A stretch of DNA of 64,000 bases from an uncultured Planctomycetales bacterium (GTDB lineage Bacteria; Omnitrophota; Gorgyraeia; Zapsychrales; JBDRMG01): positions 73,088 to 137,087 of the forward strand of contig CAYZIY010000001.1 in assembly GCA_964478715.1 (NCBI GenBank). Reading direction: 5' to 3'. This document shows positions 58,154 to 64,000 of this stretch, one piece after another. The stretch's first letter is position 1; every line of letters starts with the position of its first letter. The notes under the pieces are model-generated. The model saw only the letters and a list, made by a program, of their open reading frames with translations, was not told where the DNA came from and did not search any database. A program made the position numbers and the translations under genes.

Positions 58154-60013
58154 ATGATTTATCTCATAACTTTTCTTTGTGCGGCCTGCAGTATGATTTA
58201 CGAGCTTCTCTTGGCTCAGGCCATCGTTGAGCGGGCCGGTAATACCGTGGTCTGGTATTCGTTAACGATTGGTTTGTATTTAGCGGCTATGGGCCTCGGT
58301 GCTTTTGCTTCTCGGCGTATTTCCAAAGATCGGCTTTGGCCGGGATTGTTCAAAGTCGAAATGATTTTAAGTCTGACTGGAGCTCTGTCGGTGATCTGGG
58401 CTTTTTCTTCCTATATTCTTTTCGTTGTTTTATGGGCCGGTTATGTTTGGCAGTTGAGTCATGTCTTATTTTTTCTGCTGTCTTTCGCGATGATCCTGAC
58501 TATAGGATTTTTCACAGGATGTGAATTGCCTCTTTTGATCCGCATTGAAAAAAGATCCGCCACCGGTCAAAATTTAACCGCACGCGTTTTAAGCATTGAT
58601 TATCTGGGTTCTCTAGCCGGCGCCTTGTGCTTCTCGCTTTTCTTGCTCCCGCGGTTTTCGTTGATTGTAATCAGTTTGATGACAGCCCTGGTGAATTTGA
58701 TTTTAGCCTTTTTTATTGCCTTGCGCTTTATTTCTCAAAAGAGAGAGAAGAAGATTGTTCTTTGCGCAATGTTTTTTGTGATATTGATCGCTGTGTGTCT
58801 GCGCCTTGAGAGCATCGAGCAGTATTTCCTGAAAAGATATTATTATTACGATATCCAAAGCGAAAATCCCTGGAAATTGTTTTGGCTTGGAAATGACCAT
58901 TCGCCGGTTAAGCGCATCCGCTCCGCCTACCAGACTATTGATCTGGTTCAGACTCAAGGGTATGCGATGCCTTTTTCATTGATTAAAGATTTTTATAGCC
59001 AGAAGGCCTTGCTGGAAAAAGATTATCCGCGAAATACAGCTCTTTATCTGGATGGTCAGCTTCAGTTTTTATCGGATTCGGAAGAGATTTATCATGAGTA
59101 TTTCGCTCATGTGCCCGTGATTCTCAAAAGACGAGTGCCTAAAGATGTTTTGGTTTTAGGCGCCGGGGACGGCCTTTTGGTTCGCGAGTTGGCCAAATAT
59201 ACCGATATCAAGAGCATCACTGTTGTTGAAATTGATCCCCGGATGATCGAACTGGCCAAAGGACATCCTGTTTTTCTGGATCTCAATAAAGGGGTTTTTT
59301 TTGATCTGCGGGTTAAAATTATCGTGGAAGACGCCTATCATTATGTAAAGAACACCGAAGATAAATTCGATGCCATTTATATGGATTTTCCTCACCCAAA
59401 GGATTATAAGCTGAGCAAGCTTTATAGCCGCGAGTTTTATTATTTTGTGCGCCGAGCTCTAAAGGCAGATGGTTTTGCCGTGATGGATGCACCTTCGATC
59501 AATCTTTTCAAGACAAATGTTCCAGGAGGTATTTCTCTAAGCCCGTTGAACATGTGGCCGGTTTATGTGAATACCTTAAAAAGCGCCGGATTTAAAGGGA
59601 TTATTCCTTTTTCGTCTTTGATGGAGCCAGATAATCCAAAGGCGGTTACAGCGATCAAAAAGCAGATTGGACAAGCCGAGGCGATTATTGTTGAGGAATT
59701 CGACTTACGTGGTTATTCCCAAAAGGTGATTGAAGGACAAAATAATATTGTTTCCCAAATATTAAAAGATTTTATTGCTGATCATGCACAAGGGTTTATC
59801 TTTCTGCAAAATAAGCCATTATCGGCTGTCTTCAATTACAAGGATCCGGGTATTCCCCTGTATGTTCTTAATAAAGAAAGATTTGACGCGGCGTTTTCTT
59901 ATCCTCTATCATCCGGCAAGCAGGATGATGTTTTCTTCCCTCTGGTCAACACAATCCTCTGCCCGAGTCTCCCAAATTCTCATTATTGGCTTCGCCTTAA
60001 ACTTCCAAATTAA
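58154..60013 (+). CDS. speE: Membrane-fused spermidine/polyamine aminopropyltransferase
   Basis: About 220 aa polytopic N-terminal domain, then a class I MTase/spermidine synthase core (VLVLGAGDGLLVRE..., VVEIDPRMIELAK, EDAYHYV). Confidence 0.7.
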   Translation: MIYLITFLCAACSMIYELLLAQAIVERAGNTVVWYSLTIGLYLAAMGLGAFASRRISKDRLWPGLFKVEMILSLTGALSVIWAFSSYILFVVLWAGYVWQLSHVLFFLLSFAMILTIGFFTGCELPLLIRIEKRSATGQNLTARVLSIDYLGSLAGALCFSLFLLPRFSLIVISLMTALVNLILAFFIALRFISQKREKKIVLCAMFFVILIAVCLRLESIEQYFLKRYYYYDIQSENPWKLFWLGNDHSPVKRIRSAYQTIDLVQTQGYAMPFSLIKDFYSQKALLEKDYPRNTALYLDGQLQFLSDSEEIYHEYFAHVPVILKRRVPKDVLVLGAGDGLLVRELAKYTDIKSITVVEIDPRMIELAKGHPVFLDLNKGVFFDLRVKIIVEDAYHYVKNTEDKFDAIYMDFPHPKDYKLSKLYSREFYYFVRRALKADGFAVMDAPSINLFKTNVPGGISLSPLNMWPVYVNTLKSAGFKGIIPFSSLMEPDNPKAVTAIKKQIGQAEAIIVEEFDLRGYSQKVIEGQNNIVSQILKDFIADHAQGFIFLQNKPLSAVFNYKDPGIPLYVLNKERFDAAFSYPLSSGKQDDVFFPLVNTILCPSLPNSHYWLRLKLPN

Positions 60014-60310
60014 ATTGAAAATAATGTCCAATCTTGTACTATGGACAATTATTATATATTAAAATGTCCATTCTGAGTGAATACAGAGGAGATAAAGGCA
60101 GAAGGTTTCATGATTCTTGCGGGTGGAAAAGAATTTTATCTTGCCTTCTTGCGAATTTTTTATAAATAATATATACTCTCGTCGACAAAACAACATTTCT
60201 TGTTTTTTAAAGAAACCGTTTCCCCGAAACTCTCCCAACCCCCTTTCTTTTCCTTCCTGATCAGCTATACTTATAAAAATATCTCTATAAGCAATAAGAA
60301 TATTAAGAAT

Positions 60311-63300
60311 ATGACCCTTAAAACTCGGCATTCCAATCTGTTTAAGTCTATAGCATTCAGTATTATCATTCCTTTTTGTCTGTCTTTATTTACTCCCCCG
60401 CCGGCTCAAGCCCAGAGTTATCCATTGATTTTTGGCGGTATGCCCGTTTTACCTCCGCCGGGGGAGATGGTTCAGTCCACCCAATCTTATCAGCCAGCCC
60501 TGGTTAAGGGCATTGAGATCTTTCCGGATAATCCTTTTCACTTGAATTTCATCATCGATAGCTGCGACAGCTCTAAAAAAGACCAAGCCAGGATTAAAGA
60601 AACACGCAAGCTAATTAATTACTTTCTGGCCGCCTTAACCGTTCCTGAAGATGATATCTGGGTGAATTTATCACCTTATGAGCGTGACCGGATGATTACA
60701 GATGCTTTTGGAGAAACTGAAATGGGCCGGGATCTATTGGCCCAGGATTATCTCCTTAAGCAGCTTTCAGCCAGTTTGCTTTATCCCGAAAAAGATATGG
60801 GGAGAAAGTTCTGGGAGAGAGTTTATCAAAAAGCCCAGGATCTCTATGGGACAACTAACATTCCGATTAATACGTTTAATAAAGTCTGGATTGTACCGCA
60901 GGAGGCGGTGGTTTATACCAAGGATAATATCGCCTACATAACCGACAGCCGCTTAAAGGTTCTCCTTGAGGAGGATTATGTGGCTTTGTCGAAAAATATT
61001 GACAATGACTTAATCGGGACCGACCGGATGACCAATGAGGATGTGGAACAATTAAGCTCCACTTCAGCTTCTGTGGTCAGAGAGCTCATTATCCCAGAGA
61101 TTGAAAGAGAAGTCAACGAAGGCAGGAATTTTGCCCCGCTAAGACAAATTTATCATTCGCTGATTCTGGCCACCTGGTACAAAAAGGCATTGAGAAACAG
61201 TTTTCTTCGAAGGATTTATGCCGATCAAAATAAAATCGGGGGTATCAATCTCAATGATCCAGAAATCAAAGAGCGCATTTTTGAGCAATATCTTCAGGCT
61301 TTTCAACAAGGCGTTTATGATTATATTAAAAAGGATTTCGATTCTCATTCAAAATCTGTCATTCAAAGGCGGTATTTTTCCGGCGGTTTTAGCGCCAAAG
61401 AGCTGACCGATCTAATCATTGAAAAAAATCAATTGGCCCTGGGTGAGGCGGTGCCTCAAGGCGAAGTGAGCAATCATACGATCCGCCTGATTCCCCATTC
61501 GACGGTGAATTCTTATATCAGAAAGAACCTGCCGCTGGATTTATTGGAAAATATCGATCATATTCAAAATTACAAAATGATCCGGGCACAAGGCGCGCAG
61601 GCGCGCCTTGTGCCCATCAAAGACCTCCTCAAAAACACCGGCCAGGCCGCCCATATCGGCCTGGGGCAGATTTACGGTGAGCTGGTGGTTTATATTGATG
61701 CTGACCTAGATCAGGAAGCGGAGATTTACCAGCACGAGCTTTATGAAATCGCCAGATGGGAAGGGAAGCGAAGTGAGCTCGGGCTCAAACCCCATGAAAT
61801 GCGCCAGTGGATTAAAGATAATTATGAACAAGCGCAGACGTTAGCGGATCAGTGGCACGCCCAGGCTCCGTCTATCGATCATATCTATGCTGAGCATACT
61901 CAGCGCTCTGAAGCTTTCTTGCGTAATGCCGCCGAACTTTACGAATGGGCCCATTATGAAGAGGATATCAATCTGGCCGCCGGTGAATCTAAAGAGGATA
62001 CGTCGCTTGAGAAAAAGGGATCAGAGACAGATATTCTGATCAAGCAGGCTGAAATACAAGACAACAAGGGAAGGGTCCATACGCTCGATCTCAAAGCACA
62101 TGAGAATTTAACTCTTGAGGATTTTATTGAGATGGTCCGGATGTCTGGCTATGCGGCCGAAGACTATCGCGAGGTGCTTCATGCGGTTTTAGATCTCTTG
62201 GAGAAATCACCGCCTGAAGATAAACCCAGGCTTGTTGTCTATGATGCTCCGTTTAGCCGAGATTTCACCGGTTTCGCCCAGACTCAAGACATCAATGTTA
62301 TTGCTCTTCATCGAGATCTTTCCACAAATCCCGTTGCTATCATGCGGGAAATTTTTGATTATGTCCTTAAAAAATCTCAAAAAGAAAAGACATTGCAGAT
62401 AGCCTTTCTTCGGTCCCGTAATTTGCAGCAACCGCATCGGATCAGCCTGTTCGTTTTAGAGAAAGAATTCCGTATCGCTTTAAGCGAAGAAGCTTTCTCC
62501 ATCGTCCAAAGGGATCCGCAAAATCCCATGAATCTGATCCGGGCTCTAACCCGTCAGATCTTTTCGCTTCAAGACAGGCGATTAGAGAAAGTCATTGAAC
62601 GTTTGGCAACCGGCAATGAAGCCGATCAAATGATCGCGCAGGCCAAGGCGATGATCGAAGAGGCCTCTGCAGAGGCCGGAAGAGAGGATCTTATTCTTAA
62701 AGCCCAGAAGATCGTTGAAAACGCGATTTTGAAAATCATCGATACCAAGCTGGGGGAGAAAGACGACCTGGGATTTCCCGTAGACAGAGGTTTGGAGAAA
62801 ATTGACCGGGCGATTGAGGTTCTCGGCTATTATCAGGGGATTGGTATCATCACCGATTTGCAAATCGCCGCTTTAGGTCTTCTCGAGGAGCTAAAGAACG
62901 GATATATCAATGTCTATGAATTTAAGAACTGGCTTGCGCAAGAATGGGATGAAAAAAAGACCGATATCATTAATCAAATTCAGTTTTCCACTTCATTAAC
63001 GGAAGAGTTTCGGTCAACGATTGACACGACAGAAGAGGGTATCAGTGATGAACAAGAACAGATCAAGCTCGAAAAGTCAAAAAATCTTCTTCGGCATCTT
63101 CTTTTACACAAACCATCACTATTTTCAAGATTGATGTCTGAAATAGGCCTGGATGATATTCAGGAAGTAAATATCAGCCTGGAGGGATCCGGCCAGTTTA
63201 AGGATGTGTTTCGCGTAGAAGTGGTTGGTGAGTTTACGAAAGAAGTTTTCAAGATCGCCGTAGCTTTGAAAACGGACATTGACCGCGATAAGCCTCTCTA

Positions 63301-64000
63301 TGAAGAAGGAGAGAGAAAAATGCAGATCCTGCTTCAACCCACCGGTCATGTTCCTATGCACGCGGGAGTGGCCTATGTTGAGCTGGATGGAGATCGCTTG
63401 GGAGAGGTCCAGACCCAAAAACCCACTGAAGGGACATACGCGACTGTCGCGATTGATGAATTCATTGAAGGATTCACGGTTTATGATTATAAGCTCTTTC
63501 AATATTTTGAAGAAAAAAGAGATGAACCGCTTCCTTTAAGAATGCGCAAAGATGTGATCGAAACGCTTATCGATTCGCTTCTCTATCTCAATCCAGGCAA
63601 AAAGAAAGACTATCGGGGGTTTTTCGATATTCATATGAACAATCTCATGATTCAGGACGGAACAAAGAAAGTGAAGATTGTTGATTTGGGAAGAGAAGTT
63701 GGTTTCGGGTCGCTTTCTGATTTTCTGACCATTATAGCGATGGTCGGATATATTGAAACCGGGGATGAGCTGAATGTCCTTTATGAAAAATTTCCTCGCG
63801 TGAATTGGAATCAACATTTGAGGGCGGCAAGAAACAAGCTGGCAACGGTTAAAGATCAATATTTTCCTGATCAACAGCTTCGGGAGGGCCAACCAGACAC
63901 AAGAACGGTTGAGATTCAAGGAGTTCAATTTACTGCGCAGAAATTAAACAATGTCATTCGCTTGATTGGAATCGCCATCAATCGACATCTGACCAACGAT
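60311..64000 (+). CDS. Giant secreted protein (more than 1230 aa, 3' partial; the ORF runs off the window) with a C-terminal eukaryotic-like protein kinase domain
   Basis: ATG at 60311 with a signal peptide (SIAFSIIIPFCLSLFTPPPAQA). Manual translation in this frame found no stop codon through position 64000. The C-terminus has a Gly-rich loop LEGSGQFKDVF (about 63179), KIAVALK (63251-63271), FDIHMNNLMI (63623-63652) and VKIVDLG (63671-63691). Confidence 0.6.
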   Translation, partial: MTLKTRHSNLFKSIAFSIIIPFCLSLFTPPPAQAQSYPLIFGGMPVLPPPGEMVQSTQSYQPALVKGIEIFPDNPFHLNFIIDSCDSSKKDQARIKETRKLINYFLAALTVPEDDIWVNLSPYERDRMITDAFGETEMGRDLLAQDYLLKQLSASLLYPEKDMGRKFWERVYQKAQDLYGTTNIPINTFNKVWIVPQEAVVYTKDNIAYITDSRLKVLLEEDYVALSKNIDNDLIGTDRMTNEDVEQLSSTSASVVRELIIPEIEREVNEGRNFAPLRQIYHSLILATWYKKALRNSFLRRIYADQNKIGGINLNDPEIKERIFEQYLQAFQQGVYDYIKKDFDSHSKSVIQRRYFSGGFSAKELTDLIIEKNQLALGEAVPQGEVSNHTIRLIPHSTVNSYIRKNLPLDLLENIDHIQNYKMIRAQGAQARLVPIKDLLKNTGQAAHIGLGQIYGELVVYIDADLDQEAEIYQHELYEIARWEGKRSELGLKPHEMRQWIKDNYEQAQTLADQWHAQAPSIDHIYAEHTQRSEAFLRNAAELYEWAHYEEDINLAAGESKEDTSLEKKGSETDILIKQAEIQDNKGRVHTLDLKAHENLTLEDFIEMVRMSGYAAEDYREVLHAVLDLLEKSPPEDKPRLVVYDAPFSRDFTGFAQTQDINVIALHRDLSTNPVAIMREIFDYVLKKSQKEKTLQIAFLRSRNLQQPHRISLFVLEKEFRIALSEEAFSIVQRDPQNPMNLIRALTRQIFSLQDRRLEKVIERLATGNEADQMIAQAKAMIEEASAEAGREDLILKAQKIVENAILKIIDTKLGEKDDLGFPVDRGLEKIDRAIEVLGYYQGIGIITDLQIAALGLLEELKNGYINVYEFKNWLAQEWDEKKTDIINQIQFSTSLTEEFRSTIDTTEEGISDEQEQIKLEKSKNLLRHLLLHKPSLFSRLMSEIGLDDIQEVNISLEGSGQFKDVFRVEVVGEFTKEVFKIAVALKTDIDRDKPLYEEGERKMQILLQPTGHVPMHAGVAYVELDGDRLGEVQTQKPTEGTYATVAIDEFIEGFTVYDYKLFQYFEEKRDEPLPLRMRKDVIETLIDSLLYLNPGKKKDYRGFFDIHMNNLMIQDGTKKVKIVDLGREVGFGSLSDFLTIIAMVGYIETGDELNVLYEKFPRVNWNQHLRAARNKLATVKDQYFPDQQLREGQPDTRTVEIQGVQFTAQKLNNVIRLIGIAINRHLTND

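Noticed and set aside
60059-60331. 90-aa minus-strand ORF in the region upstream of the giant ORF
   Set aside because: It lies across the promoter/5' region and start of the 60311 gene, with no RBS and a low-complexity translation.
63125-63928. Several 86-130-aa ORFs on the minus strand and other + frames within 60.7-63.9 kb
   Set aside because: All lie inside the uninterrupted 1230+ codon frame-2 ORF, which has a signal peptide and kinase motifs. They are shadow ORFs that appear only because the real ORF has no stop in the window.
1-64000. CRISPR arrays, IS elements, integrases, toxin-antitoxin pairs
   Set aside because: No regularly spaced direct repeats, transposase or integrase ORFs, or small paired toxin/antitoxin ORFs were found. 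The only mobile-element trace is the GIY-YIG pseudogene after ssrA.

Overview
This 64-kb window comes from a diderm (outer-membrane, LPS-making) bacterium with about 45% GC. It is gene-dense, about 90% coding, and almost all on the + strand. Two bases for the diderm call: the window encodes LpxC-FabZ, LpxA, an LpxI-like protein, LptF/LptG and LolC/E-LolD. A long run of housekeeping genes also follows a strikingly Firmicutes-like order: mcsA-mcsB-clpC-(secreted protein)-radA-PIN/TRAM(yacL)-ispD-ispF-cysE-cysS, then tmk-holB-yaaT(PSP1)-metG.

RNA genes:
- tRNA-Leu(CAG) on the minus strand.
- tmRNA (ssrA) immediately downstream of smpB, with a perfect sigma70 promoter.

Accessory-looking segments:
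- 28.2-33.5 kb: a membrane-lipid and glycosyl-modification cluster (olsB-olsA, a GT-C ArnT-like enzyme, a GT2 polyprenyl-phosphate glycosyltransferase, a LAB_N protein).
- 34.4-35.7 kb: an apparent Maf-M48 metalloprotease fusion.
- 36.2-38.6 kb and 46.6-54.5 kb: two-component clusters dominated by single-domain receiver proteins (7 stand-alone REC proteins, 2 sensor kinases and 1 REC-HK hybrid, with no DNA-binding response regulator).
- 42.3-42.8 kb, right after ssrA: a GIY-YIG nuclease pseudogene with an in-frame TAA, likely an island remnant.
- 44.3-46.6 kb: a 624-aa uncharacterised protein translationally coupled to a 12-Cys secreted small protein.
- 54.5-60.0 kb: a second GT-C enzyme, an acyltransferase-3 protein, and membrane-anchored polyamine synthesis (speH plus a membrane-fused speE with an extra TM-only paralog).
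- 60.3 kb to the window end: a >1230-aa signal-peptide protein that the ORF track misses because it never reaches a stop. Its C-terminus carries eukaryotic-like protein-kinase motifs (GxGxF, VALK, DIHMNN, DLG). I rate this the most novel element.

No CRISPR arrays or intact IS elements were seen. All coordinates were derived by hand from the sequence and may be off by a few bases.
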